Positions 51,046 to 64,000 of a stretch of DNA of 64,000 nt are shown here, in pieces. The DNA is from Callorhinchus milii. Lineage: Eukaryota. Made by a program: the position numbers and the translations under genes. Each line of letters opens with the position of its first letter. Position 1 is the first letter of the stretch. The notes below the pieces were generated by a model. It was not told the origin of the DNA. It saw only the letters and a list, made by a program, of their open reading frames with translations, and did not search any database. The stretch is taken from positions 61,568,001-61,632,000 of the forward strand of contig NW_024704742.1 of assembly GCF_018977255.1 (NCBI RefSeq). Reading direction: 5' to 3'.

Positions 51046-52000
51046 TGCTAAAGATAGAATTCAGCCTCTGATAGAATTGGGTAACATCATGGTAGGTGTC
51101 CACTTTAACTCCAGCAAGACTAAAGTAAACATTGGTAAAATTAGCTGTAGTGGTCACCCAATACTGGGCCTCAAATTCGACTTAGTCATATCCTTTTTAG
51201 TTTAAAAATTATGCTTACCTAGGACTGTGGAAACATTTTGAAATTCAGTCTTAACTTGGAAGCTGGTTTTCTACCATTTTTAAAAAGAACCTCTTTCCAA
51301 ATTAAGACCAAATTGAACCAGGAGAAATTTTGGGCCTAGAGTGACATTTGTGGATTGTTTTTACATGGTCAAAATGATTTATTTTATTGTGTCAAAATCG
51401 GGGAATTGTTAAACACATTTTTTCCCGAATTAAGAAACAGATTAAAATGTATTTTGAAATACCCCAACCCCCGACTACTGAATAATCTAACTCATATTTT
51501 ACCGTCCACCATCCTGGATTTGCAATTAACAGGGTTGCTTTCTGTGAAGCAGAATTGCCTTTTTTGTGTTGTTTTTTAAGTAGTCTGTTGAATTTTGCCA
51601 TCATCTGATTTAAAGTGAGATTGAGGGGGTCCAATCCGTGATTCCAAAAAATCAATGGCAGACACAAAAAAATCAAGAACTGGACCAGCACCATCTGTCG
51701 AGTTCAAGCCCCTAACTTTTGTAGGCCCTGAGTTGCTGAAGACACCAGAAAATATTGGTTTAACCAGAGGGTGATTCGAACACGTCACTAGAAAGGGTGG
51801 CTGATGCCAGGTCACTGGACACATGTAAAGAGTTTGCTGTGATGAACGATGGTGAGATGGGTATTCTGGGAGGATGAGATCAAATGGGCCAAAGGGCTTT
51901 CTTTATCAAAACCTCTCTTGCAATCATGTGAATTCTCCATTTGTCCGTAAATTTACTAACTGTGGCATTGAAAGTTTAAAGTTAGGGAAATTCTATTTGA

Positions 52001-52246
<246 letters not shown>

Positions 52247-52604
52247 TAATTTTCCTCGGTAAACCAGATGTTACACATAATGTAAAACAAAACTGATTCT
52301 TTTCTAAATTGGCTTTTCTTCCCTTGGACAGCTGTTTTCCTTTAGGGGTTTATGACCTGACAATTTTACTTTACGATGTGACATGAAGCTGTCTTGCAGC
52401 AGCCCTGCAAGGAATACAGCTGTATTATTACACATACTATTGTTTTACTGTGTTAGAATAGAAATAGTTGCTCAGACTAGCAGATGAAAACGTAGATAAA
52501 TGCAATAACATTTCAAAGAGAAATATTTTAAAGAGGAACATAATCCAAAGTTTGCGATATTCCATAACACCATCTCTGTACTGAATATAGCATTAGACAC
52601 TAAA

Positions 52605-52623
52605 TGGCCACAAGGTGGCAGCA
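52605..52623 (+). promoter_or_regulatory. Candidate CTCF site
   Basis: TGGCCACAAGGTGGCAGCA closely resembles the CTCF core consensus (TGGCCACCAGGGGGCGCTA-like) and lies in non-repeat sequence. Confidence 0.5.
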
Positions 52624-53434
52624 CTCATTTCCTAGAATGCTGGCCCCCAATTAATTTTGGTCATATGCAGAAACCATTATTATGCTTCAGAGTAAAATCA
52701 GACCAAGAGTTCCACATATGCACGCCAAGGAGGAACATAAAAACAGGATGTAATTTTACAGACTCCATTTTATATCTGTTGAGGTTTCATGGTCGGCACC
52801 TTCTGGTTATTTACCTTAACAGGGAAATTAATCACAATTTATATCTTTCCCCAAGAACATTCCAAGCAAGAGCTTGAACAGTGTCAGTGTCCATCAAAAA
52901 CCTTTGACTTTGGATGTGTCCATCAATTCTGCTGTAGATTTTCCACCAGTATAGTATGATGCCTGTGCAATATCGAAGAGAAAGTTGCACCTAAGTCTAG
53001 ATTTATGGAGCATTTCAGAGTATCCAGAATATAGAAACTTAATTTTTAAGCTGATTTTCTGTAAGTTACTTTAAGAATTACAGTAAAACAATTTCTAAAA
53101 GCTAAACCTGAATTCAACATTTTGCCAAATTCTACACACTCTGAAATGTTAGATAAATAGAGTAAATCTAGACCCAGATGGAACTTCTTCCTGGAAATTT
53201 TCTTTTATTTATTTTCCCTCCTTCAGTTTTTCCTTCTGATTTTCTTCCCATTTCCTGACAACAGTGACTAAAGCTGAGCTATTGCTCCACAGGCACCAGT
53301 AGCCCTCTTTCGCCCAGCATTGTGGCAGTAAAAGTTGTCATCAGTCTGACCTTTAGAGCCAATGACCTTATCCTTGCCCATTGTATATAAACAAGTACCA
53401 CATTCATGTCTAGCTCACTTCACAAGAACTCTGG

Positions 53435-53760
53435 CTTGAGAAAAGACAGCTCAGAGGGGACCTCATAAAGGTGTATAACATTTTGAATAGAATTGAAAAA
53501 GTAAACCCAGATCAATACTTCAGGATGTATCAAGACAGTAGAACAAGACAACATAGGTTTAGAGTTGTAAAGGGCAATTTCCGGACAAATACCGGGAAGT
53601 TTTTTTTCACGCAGAGGGTAATCAACGACTATAACAGGTTGCCAGGAAAGGTGGTAGATGCTGAGACACTGAACTCATTTAGAATACATTGATGGGGGTA
53701 CAGTAGGGGGTTGTTCTGGAGGGATAAGATTGGATGTGGCAAAAGGCCTTTTTAATCTAG
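53435..53760 (+). mobile_element. Old CR1 3' fragment
   Basis: LRGDLIKVYNIL...FFFTQRVINDYNRLPGKVVDA. Confidence 0.75.
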
Positions 53761-54999
53761 ACCAATATTGTGATCACAAGATTGGTTGGATGAACAAGCA
53801 TCCTCAGCACATCTGATCTCATCCCTCCGGAACATCTCCCTTACTCATCTTCCCATCACAGCATCAAGCTGCTTTTTAAATACATTCAATCTCCTGGTCT
53901 CAATCACCCTCCCTGGCAATAATTCAATGAATTGTGATCAGGAGCAGGAGACTTTGCCAGAGGATACTGAGTCAATTGAAGCCAATAATCCTCCAGTTAT
54001 TTCATTGATTCACTTCATGGCTATTTGTGGGACATTGATATGTGCAAATTGGCTACACCTAGATAGTTAACAACTATCTTTAACAATAATTACAGTGTCG
54101 CACTGAGAGGCGGTTCAATGTTACAGACGCTATATCAAATGTGAATACAAGAATTATTATTTTGTGTTCACAATAAGTGGGAGGAGCACAGCTTCATTTC
54201 TCTAACAAGGTTGAGTTGATTTCAAATTACAGGTCTTGCTCAATGGTCAAAGTGCTGATTATAGTAAAACAGAATTCATTTGTGAGGGTAGAGCTACAAA
54301 ATGCTGGTTTCAGATTTCAGCCTCAATGGAGCTATTTCCAAGCATGTGTCAAGGTCATCTAAGTTGTTGTTCTCTGTTGAATTACTCCAGCTGCTAAATT
54401 ATCACACCAAGGAATCCCATAAATACAGCTAGTGATGTTTTACTTTCAGGGAAACCACATTAATTCCCAAATGTGATGCTATGATTAATTATAACAATTA
54501 GCCACATTGCTGTTTAAGCCTTTTTAAGCAGTTTAATAATTTACAAATCAATTTCTTGAATATCCAAAGCTGTTACCACATAACATAAAACATTTAAATT
54601 ACTCCCAACTATTATCTAATTCTTGTGGTGTATTAATAAATAAATCCAGGTTCCTATTATGACCAGCTCCGATGTAGATCTATCAAGAAATTATCTAAAT
54701 TGGGACTGGTATTTGTCTAAACCCATGCTATTTTAATTTGGGGTACTGCTTGCCGCTAACTACTGACATTTTGCATTTTGCTTTGCCCAAATTGACACTT
54801 TTGTTCACCTACAAAATATATATATATATTTTTAAAATATACATTTTACAGTATAGCCTGTGAAGCTCTTTGAGACATCCTGTTGACATGAACATCGCTA
54901 TATCAAATGAAAGGATTATTTTTATTGCATTCTAGTACTTGATTAAAGATCTTTACTGATTTCCTGTAAAGGGCGCCTACTCTATTTGTGTAGGCAAAT

Positions 55000-55307
55000 T
55001 CAGCAGCCAGTTTGCAATGTTCTACATGAAGTAAAATGAACAATGAAGTAAATGAAAATTTTTATCTGGTGTTGAGTATGACACCAGGAGAAACGTCCTC
55101 TTTTTGAATAGTGCAATGCAATCTTTAATGGCAGACTGCACCCCGGTTTAATATCTTTCCGAAGGATGGCACCTCCAGTAATGCAGCATATACCCAGCGC
55201 AGCAATGGAGTTGTAAATACGTTGTAAATTCAAATTGCCAACATGGGGCTTGAACCCACAATCTTTGACACAGAGACGTGAGTGCAACCGAATGAATGAA
55301 GCTGACA
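55000..55307 (-). mobile_element. SINE family A (Deu-like)
   Basis: ggggcttgaacccacaatct; cggtttaatatctttccgaaggatggcacctcc. Confidence 0.7.
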
Positions 55308-56347
55308 CCCGATTGTAGTTTTGTTCAATTCATTCTTCACATCAGGATAATGTTTAAATCAAGGCTTCAAGGAACATCAGAATAGGTCATGAAAGACAAT
55401 AGGTCACTTTTTGAAGGAATAGTGCTAATGTCATTTATTTATATGGTTGAATTATTTCTAAGCTAGATTCAGGATAGAAATATCTTACAGAATATTAGCA
55501 AGTCTTCCTTTCCTGAGCCTTAGTGCTGGCACAGAAGCTTCCTGCGGTTAAAGCTGACATTTTCTGAAATTAATGAGCAGTATATGGCACTCAAAATAAT
55601 TAAATATCTCACATGATTCAATGTGATTTTGAAATATATCTTTTCCCTCTAATATTCTCTTCTCCTCCCCTCGCCCCTTGTTTTAGGTAGAAACATGTGG
55701 TGTATGTTGTGACAATTCCCACTGTTTAGTGTCCTGCCTTGAACATTAATTTTGAGTCTAAGCACTGACTTCTGGATAACGGTCTCTCCCTCAGCCTTTT
55801 CAGAATTAAATTGGTTCCATCTATGATTTTAATGTAGCAAGGCAATATGTTCTTTGATTCCTATTTTTAACTTTCTTTTGTTTTTGCTTTTAAAATTATT
55901 CTTTGGCCAATAAGTGTGAAATTTGTACTGCAAGTGGTATGATCTGACGTGATAAGGCGCATATAAAATGCAAGGATTATTATTATTATACCCAGTCTCC
56001 ACAACACTTGTGATACTTTAAACCTGAATAACACTGCATTTTTAGGGATTCATTCACACCAGCACAATTAACAGATTGTAAGCATCTTAGAGGAACCATC
56101 ATGTGCCTGCCTAAGGACATCCTGTCTATGCATAGTTTGGGGACTACGAGAAAATCAAATGTGAATGCAGCTGTCAATGGTTTAAATTTGGTGCAGTTCA
56201 GTTTGAAGCATTTTACTCAGGTGATTTCAGGCAATCCTATTGCAGTGGTTAGTGTGCCTCACCTTCTGCCATTGGCAAGGCTCCTCCTACATTGAGGTCA
56301 AATCTCCAAACGGGAAGGAAAAGAGTTTAAACATGTACTTTTATTGA

Positions 56348-56599
<252 letters not shown>

Positions 56600-56734
56600 T
56601 AGCACAAATTAATCCAATTTCCATTTTAGTTTCTGTGCTTAGACAGTATCAATTCTCCTTACAGGACTGTGAGTACAATTACGCTATTATTTAATTTCTG
56701 CTTAAATCTAGTCTTAATGTAGATCATTCATCTA

Positions 56735-57115
56735 TCAGCCTGGCTTATTAGGCTTCAGCCTATACTGAATCAGAAGATTGTGGGTTCAAGCCTCACTTCA
56801 GTGCAATTACGGGGGTTGCAATGTCAGAGGTACTGTCCTTTGGATGAGACATTAAACTGAGTCATGTTTGTTTCTTCAAGTGGACATTAAAGATCCCATG
56901 GCATCATTCAAAGAGAGAAGGGAGTTTCTGGCTAAAAATCCCCCAAATAAAACATTGGTCATTCACTTCATGGTTGTTTAAGGAGCATTGGTGAGTGCAA
57001 TTGGCTGCCACATTCGTTTTCCATATACAAAGCCATTGCACTTTACAAGTAAATCCTGTGAAGCACTTTGAGACATGCTCCTGACATGAAAGGCACTAAG
57101 GATTATTGTTATTAT
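56735..57115 (+). mobile_element. SINE family A (Deu-like)
   Basis: tcagaagattgtgggttcaagcc; cctttggatgagacattaaactgag; gtggacattaaagatcccatggc. Confidence 0.75.
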
Positions 57116-57611
57116 TTAAGGAATGCTTTTAAGGAATGCCAACAAGTTGTGCCCTACTCCAGGTAAGTGGTTTGTTCATTTTAGGGTTCTCACTGACCCA
57201 TTTTCTTGTACTTGAACCATTGAATATTATTGTCAATTTTAGGTTCTACATTGTTCTAAGTTCTATTTTTTGTGAATATTGCTTTCTGAAGGTTGAACCG
57301 CTTACAAAATCCATACTTCTAGGCTAAGAAATTAACTCCATAAAAATGCCCAAATCATAAAAAAATTCTTGCTCAAAGAGATTGAACCCAAAAAACAATT
57401 GTTAAACAAAACAATCTAACCACACATTATAAGGGCTTCAATTTGAAACCATTTTTAAAAAAATTAAAACCAATTGGTGGTCAGAAATTTGGGAAGCAAT
57501 GCTTGTCACCTAGTGGTTGCTTTGTGTATTTCATACTGAATACCTCACACTGCGGTGATAATTAGCTCCGATGTTACTTTACACTCATACCACTCAAGGA
57601 AGAGAACCGTA

Positions 57612-57960
57612 ATACCATAGAATTTTACAGCATAGAAAAAGCCATTCAGCCCATAATGCCTGTGCTGTCTCTTTGAAAGAACAATTGAGTCCATACTATT
57701 TACGTGTCCTTTCCCCATATGCGTGCAATTTACTCTCTTTTAAATATATATCTAATTCCTTCTTGAATGCCTCAATCAGAATTTCCAGGAGGATATTCCA
57801 CATCCCATCAACTTTCTGCGTAACAAAATTTCTTCAAATTCCCCTCTTTGCTCTTTTGGTAATTATTTTTAATTGATGGCCTCTCACTACTGTATCACTG
57901 ATTCTATAGAAATCCCTCATGATTTTTAAAGACTTCTATCAAGTCTCCCCTCAACCTTCT
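57612..57960 (-). mobile_element. Old CR1 3' fragment
   Basis: catagaattttacagcatagaaaaagccattcagcccat is the reverse of the CR1 3' end seen at 30230-30281. Confidence 0.65.
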
Positions 57961-58391
57961 CTGAAAGTAGGCATTTTACCCTTTGTAACTCTTATCCCTT
58001 TCTTAATCTTGATGAGTTTAAGAAACTCGTCAAGATGTCAAGATGCACAATGTGAACTTTATTACTATATGTTTCTGGTGTTTCTGGTTATAAACATTTG
58101 CAATCTCAGTAAAACTTAAATATAATGTTTTTAGAAAGTACCTGTTCAATATGAACCTACTTGTTGATAAGGACAAACTGCAGCTACCATTAATATGTAA
58201 CTTCCTTTTGGAACAATATAACTTGTGAGCCTCAGCAAAAAATGCCTGCTGGTATGATGTGACACAGGGTGTTTAGTTGATCAATAATATCTTTTGCATA
58301 TGAATTTTAAAAACGTATGTTTTCCAACACCTTTTTATAATCACTGTGCATGAAAAATAAAGGCTTGCTTATTGTTGATTTAATCTTTCAG

Positions 58392-58474
58392 ATTGACTTT
58401 AATTCTTTCGTGCCCTATGGATCTAAAAAATTTCCCGATGGATGTTCAAACGTGTATAATGCAGTTGGAAAGTT
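58392..58474 (+). CDS. GLRA3: GlyR alpha coding exon 5 (Cys-loop)
   Basis: Acceptor tctttcag|A. Encodes (R)[27 protein letters not shown](F) with the C-x13-C Cys-loop. Donor T|GTAAGT. 83 nt. Confidence 0.97.
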
Positions 58475-59594
58475 GTAAGTAGCTTGCTCATCACCGCCAG
58501 TCTTTTTACTGGTTTGACAAAGGACGTTCCCTATCTAGATTGTGAATAGTTACAAATTCAGTGAGGAACTTCTCCACCCACGATCACAAGATTGGTTTGG
58601 ATGAAGAAGACCCTTCAGTCCATCTGATCCTATCCTTTCAGGATACTCGCTCTATGATACATCCAGCATAGCATCAAGCTGCTTTTCAAATAACTCCAAG
58701 CATCCCGGCATCAACTACCCTTCCTGGCAATCTGTTCCAGTCATTAATTAATCTTGAAGCTTGAATGCAATGACATTAAAACACTTGTAAAGGTTGCCAG
58801 GATGTTTGGTCTGGCACAGAGATAAATAGGAAAAACAAATTTATGTCGCTTTTGTTATATGATCCAAGGCAAAGAAATCAATGTGAAATATCTGAAGCTT
58901 TAAATTTGATTTTCTTCCCTTGATATGAGCCATAGGCCTGGAGTAATTTGTAGGGTTTGTGAATGTACAGCTTGATAACAGTTAATGGATCCAACCCACA
59001 TCCCAGCTAAACCCTACAAAATGTTTTGCCAAGCTGATGAAAGTGTGTATCACTCCTGCAGGTAGATGACAATGAAAGGTTTAATTGAGGCCCTATCTGC
59101 CCATTCAGGTGGACAGGTTAACGATCCCATTGCATTATTAGAAAACAGTAGGATGTTTCTCCCATTCCTGACAATCCCTAGATAAAATTGTTCAGTCACT
59201 TCATGCTGGTTGTGAGACACTGCTGTGCATCAATTGGCTGCCGCTTTGGCCACAAGGTATCGCATCACTACACTTTACAGCAAAATCCAGTGAAGTGCTT
59301 TGAAATATGAAAATTCCATCACCAATGGTTTTTTGCTGTCTTTCACATTTCCTATAAATGTGCTACCATTTTTATCCTTCTCAAAAGGTGTTTATATTGT
59401 TTTTTCAATATTGCAACTTAAGTATCATTCCACCAACAAAGCTAACTTTCTATCAAGGCAGGCAATTGGTAATTTTTTTAACAGTCTTTTGACATTGTTA
59501 ACGGTAATCTTTATCTTCATTTAAGTGTTAGTTAAAACTAAGGGCATTGTTCTGATTCATACACCAAGGTTTCTAATTCTAAAAGGTCAACAAA

Positions 59595-60115
59595 AGCATC
59601 AAGCCAGCCCTCTATGGCAGTCCCGGTAGTCCGGTTCCCGAGCCAGGTGGATCCGCAGTATTCCAGGGCAATGCTGATGACAGCACACCCAGCCTGGCTC
59701 ATCAACAGGACCTGGAAGGGCAGACCAGTCACTGAGGAATCCTTGACAACTCCTGTTAACCCTGCCATTAAGCCGTAACGGGTAGGGTGGTCCTAGCTGG
59801 ACAAGCAGCAGGAAAGCTTGCCAGAGAGTGGCAAGCTATGCAGTTTTAATTGGTTAGACTCCAACAGTACCCCAAAGTACACTCTGGGTCCGCAAGGCTT
59901 GGCTCTTGCTAACCTATGCCTAATATTTTCCAGAAATAGGTAAGCTGGATGCAGCCCTCCAGGGAGAGTGCGCATCCATTCCAACAATATATATGGAATT
60001 TTTATGTGTAGGTGGGATGCATGGAAATCTCAGTTTGGTTTGGATACTCTTAAGCATGATGATGGGTTTCCACACGAGTCAAACACCCGGCTGACCAAAT
60101 TAAAAAATTCTCTGC
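59595..60115 (+). mobile_element. Unclassified interspersed repeat, copy 3
   Basis: Collinear with 37630-38010 (ctcctgttaaccctgc, ctggacaagcag, gaaagcttgccaga, cacactctggg, taggtaagc). Confidence 0.7.
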
Positions 60116-60887
60116 ACGGAGCAAATGGAGCAAGTTAATTCCCGAAGTAATTTAAATACCATTCATGTATGCTGAATGATGAAGTTTCTGTAATTTACAA
60201 CCCAATATAATAATGTACAAAATACATATTCATTGAATCTCTCAGTTATGAAAGTCATAATTCTTGGTCATGAGTTGGACTGCGTCATAGAGGGAAAGGA
60301 AAAACATGTAAAATAAATTGGCTGCTATTAATTTCTGTATTTGGTATTATAAACATACTGCCCACAATAAACAAATACCAGATAGCTTTAGTGGATTTAA
60401 AGAAAAATCCATTGAGAATAGACACCCTGTATCCTGCATGCAGTTTCTCAGTAAAGGTCAAGCATTGTGGTTAATGTAGTTATTCTTGTCACACTGCTGC
60501 TGAAGACATTGGTTAAAGTGGTAGAAAGCCATACAGTAATATCCTTACATACATTCTATGTTCTGCAGTGTGCAACAAAACAGAAGTGCAGAAATTCATT
60601 TGAAGAGTTTATTATGCAAAAAAGTGTAAAATCTAACCATCTGGCTAACTGCAAAATCTGTCTTCACACAAAATTACGTTCTTCAAGTCAGTTACAATTG
60701 TGTTGCATTTTTAATTGTAGAGCTATTGCTAAACAATAATAGTTGGGATTAATGTTTAATATATTCTTTAAGTAGTTTTATTATTTTTTAACTTGCGTCC
60801 GAGAATTTAATTTATTTTTTGGCCAGCTAATCAGCTTTAGGCTGTTATAATATATATTTCCAACAGCAGTTAAAGAATCTTGCTAAG

Positions 60888-61330
60888 TGTCAGCTTGGCT
60901 CAGTTGGTAGGATCCTCTTCTCTGAGTCAGAAGGTTGTGGGTTCAAAACATGTAGGGACTTTTAACACTTGAGTACAGTGCTGGGAGTATGCAGCATTCT
61001 GAGGCACTATCCTGTATGAAGGTTGCTATATAAAAGCAAGTTATTGTTGTTGTTCCTTATCAGAAGTACAATCCTTTCGTTGAGACATTAAATTGACATC
61101 CTATCTCTCTGAATGGATGTTAAAAATCCCATGACACTATTTGAAGAGAGAAGGGGTTTTCCTCTGTGCTCTCTTTTTCCTCCGTCTTCTGGCCAACAAT
61201 TCTCTCGATAAAATTGGCTACTTGTGGGACATTGTGCTGTGCATGAATTTGCTGCCGCGTTTGCCTGCACAGAAATTTTTTAAAAATCGTTGAGACATTA
61301 TAGGTACTATATCAAATGGAATGATCATTA
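60888..61330 (+). mobile_element. SINE family A (Deu-like) with a small internal insertion
   Basis: ttggctcagttggtag A box, ctgagtcagaaggttgtgggttcaa B box, gagacattaaa...aaaaatcccatgacactatttgaag. Confidence 0.7.
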
Positions 61331-62127
61331 TTTCTCTAATTAGGAATTGCTGGAAGTTATTAGGCACAGGTTGGTAAGAGCCAAGGCTTCAGGTCCCCAG
61401 AATATTTATTGGAGAAACTATTTGGTTGTTGTTTTGTGTGAATCCCTTTATCAGAGCAGATTTACCAACTGTGCACTTCCAGCTTTTTATTTCAGGTATT
61501 GATTCCAACCTCAAATGACCATTCACTTCATGGCTTTTTTGTGGGACACCACTATGTCAAATTGGCTGCCATGTTCTCCTCCAAATAATAGCCAGTACTC
61601 TACAGTAATTCCTATGAAACCCTTTGAGACCTTGTGATGGAACAATAAACCAAACGTAAAGATTATTAAGATGAAATAGTTCTCAACAGCTCCCACAAAC
61701 AGCACTCAAAACAAGCTGTGCTTCAGATGAAACGTTAAACCAAGGCCCTCTCTGCCTGCTCAGGTGGACGTTTAAATCCATGGCAATATTCAAAAAGAGA
61801 AGGGAGTTTTGCCAGTGTCTGGGCTAAAAATAAAATTGGTCATTGGTCATGGCTATTCATGGGGCATTGCTGTGTTCAATTGGCTGCTTCATTTGCTCAC
61901 GAAAGACAGTCACTACATTTTACAGTAAATCCTCTGAAGTGCTTTGGGACTTCCTTCCAACATGAAGGGATTACCAAATCTAAGGATTATTATTATTAAT
62001 TATATATTTTCAGCATCATAACACAAACTGTTAGTGTCCCTGTAGAGAGGGCACTAGACCCCCAGCAATCCAAGTGTGTAGTGAGTACACTTGCTGGCCC
62101 ATGTTTTAATGCACTATCAACATTTAA

Positions 62128-62356
62128 AACAACAGGTTACATTTGTAAAACACTTTTATGTCCAGAGGTCATCCCAAGGCGCTGAACAATCAGGAATTTG
62201 AACCCGGCCAGGGGCTTGGGATCAGGAGGGGCGGAGAGCAGGGCGGGTAGGGGTAGGAAGGTCACCGAAGGCGCAGTTGAAGAGGAGGGTCTTGAGAAGG
62301 GCCTTGAAAGAGGCAAGGGAGGGAGTGAGGCAAAGGGACTGTGGGATGGAAAGTTC
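62128..62356 (-). mobile_element. L2 LINE 3' fragment
   Basis: catcccaaggcgctg...gaagaggagggtcttgaga...gggactgtgggatgga, matching the other L2 3' ends. Confidence 0.75.
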
Positions 62357-64000
62357 AGTGGAAAATATGGGAAATAAATGCAGGGAACCTATCCGAACTG
62401 TCGTTGCATCTGATTCTTTTCTAACATCTATTGATGTTATGCCTCAAGGTTTTGTTAAACAAAATGGGCTGTGAAATAATTTATGATTTTAATTATTAAG
62501 AATAATTAAAGCTAATGGTATTAACACAACTGTACAAGATAATTAAGAACTTCTTTGACATAACAGAGTCCATTTTGCTTGACTAATGACTTTGCCATTT
62601 CCCTGGGCTACAGTTTTCAATGCATAAATCAGTTACAAGACTCCCTGGAAGCTCATTTACTGCTTAGTTCACTTTAATATGAAGAATTACATACTTTGAA
62701 TTTGGATCTATTCTGAATGTCTAGCAGTTTGTTGTAGCAGTGTATTTCTCTAGGTTTCTAACATAAGTTGTTTACTAAATTGGTGAATTGTTCCTTCCTC
62801 AGTTTCAATAGGGGTAATGGCCAGCTCAGGCAACCCATACAGGAAGTGATGTAGGTAGGGAGTTTGGTAACTGATTTATGCATTGAAAACTGTATCCCAG
62901 GGAAACGGCAAAGTCATTAATCAAGCAAAATGGAAGTTCCTCATTTTTAGCTCACTATAACCAAAATGGCCGAGTATAAATCATTGGATTGCCAACAACA
63001 TCACTTTCCATGCACAGCACATGAACAGCGCCCAGGAAGTGACACTAGTGTTGACCTCATGACCAGCACTTATTTATAGAGGGTGACTATTTATAGAGAG
63101 CTAGAAGCCAACATGGCCATCTTTCAGATCATTGGTCACAACCGAGGTTACATCTTGGGCAACATATATGTAGCATCAGGAAGTGTCATTGGCAGCAATT
63201 TAATGGAAGGGTGGGACCAGCCCATGCACATAGTGCGAGACAATCAGCGCTTGTGTATTGCATAGGGGCCACAAGCAATTCGTTGTAATGAACTGCATAA
63301 TAACAATAATAACTTGCCATTTATATAGGACTCTTAACACCTGGTAATGACTAGGAGCGCTGAAAAGTCTAGCGTTAACAAGATTCTACTATAATTAGTC
63401 TATGAATTCTAAAGGTCTGAAATTGAAACCATTGTGTCTTAAACATCTTGCCTTTAAGATCACACCAAATTATGGAAAATTCTAAAATGCATACTTAATT
63501 TTAAGACAGTTCTTAATAATTGCGGCATCCAAATTAAGATCAAGCGCAAGACTGTCTTGTGGAAATTGGGGCGTTTAGAAGTTATATAATGTTATAGCAC
63601 AGAAACGGGTCATTATTTGTATAAAGTGTGTTCCGATGCTTTTGCCCACAACAGACAATATAATCCTGCTCTATCCATAGTCTACAATATTCTTCCTCTT
63701 CGCACATCAATCTAATTCCCTTTATTTTAACAAAAAAGGGCCCTCTTTCACTTATCTTCACCTATAAAAGACAGTCTCTACACTTTACCGTATATCCTGT
63801 GAAGTGCTTTGAAATGGCCTCACAACATGAAATGTATATCAAATGTATTATTATCTTGTGGCAGAGAATTTCATATTCCAACCAAATATTTTCTAACCTC
63901 CCCTTTAATTCATTTTGTGATTATTTTAAAGCTTATTATCTTGTATCTCTTCTACCTCTCTGAACAACAAAACATTTGCTGAACCTTTTAATTTTCTTAA

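Noticed and set aside
58475..64000. Exon 6 (GYTMNDLIFEW..., containing the alpha3 P185L editing site)
   Set aside because: Not found by eye; presumably beyond the window.

Overview
Vertebrate genomic DNA, most likely from a cartilaginous fish (inferred from the L2/CR1 LINE and Deu-domain SINE content). It holds the first five coding exons of an inhibitory glycine receptor alpha subunit on the + strand, best matching GLRA3: 8014-8084, 40917-41044, 52158-52225, 56354-56577 and 58392-58474. All introns are GT-AG, phases are consistent, and the gene continues past the window end. The spliced exons encode a signal peptide and the extracellular domain through the Cys-loop ([15 protein letters not shown]). 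About 1.4 kb of G-rich repeats lies just upstream of the start codon: a (GT)nGn array, seven copies of a 37-bp GC-box VNTR, and a 12-bp GAGATCGGGAGA repeat. The introns are filled with L2 and CR1 fragments, two tRNA-headed SINE families sharing an L2-type tail, an unclassified ~500-bp repeat in three copies, and several fold-back palindromes. The most notable observation is an L2 fragment ~70 bp after exon 2 that stays open and in frame with the receptor, predicting a possible 305-aa signal-peptide/GlyR/L2 chimera. No prokaryote-type system is present. Repeat boundaries are approximate (read by eye).
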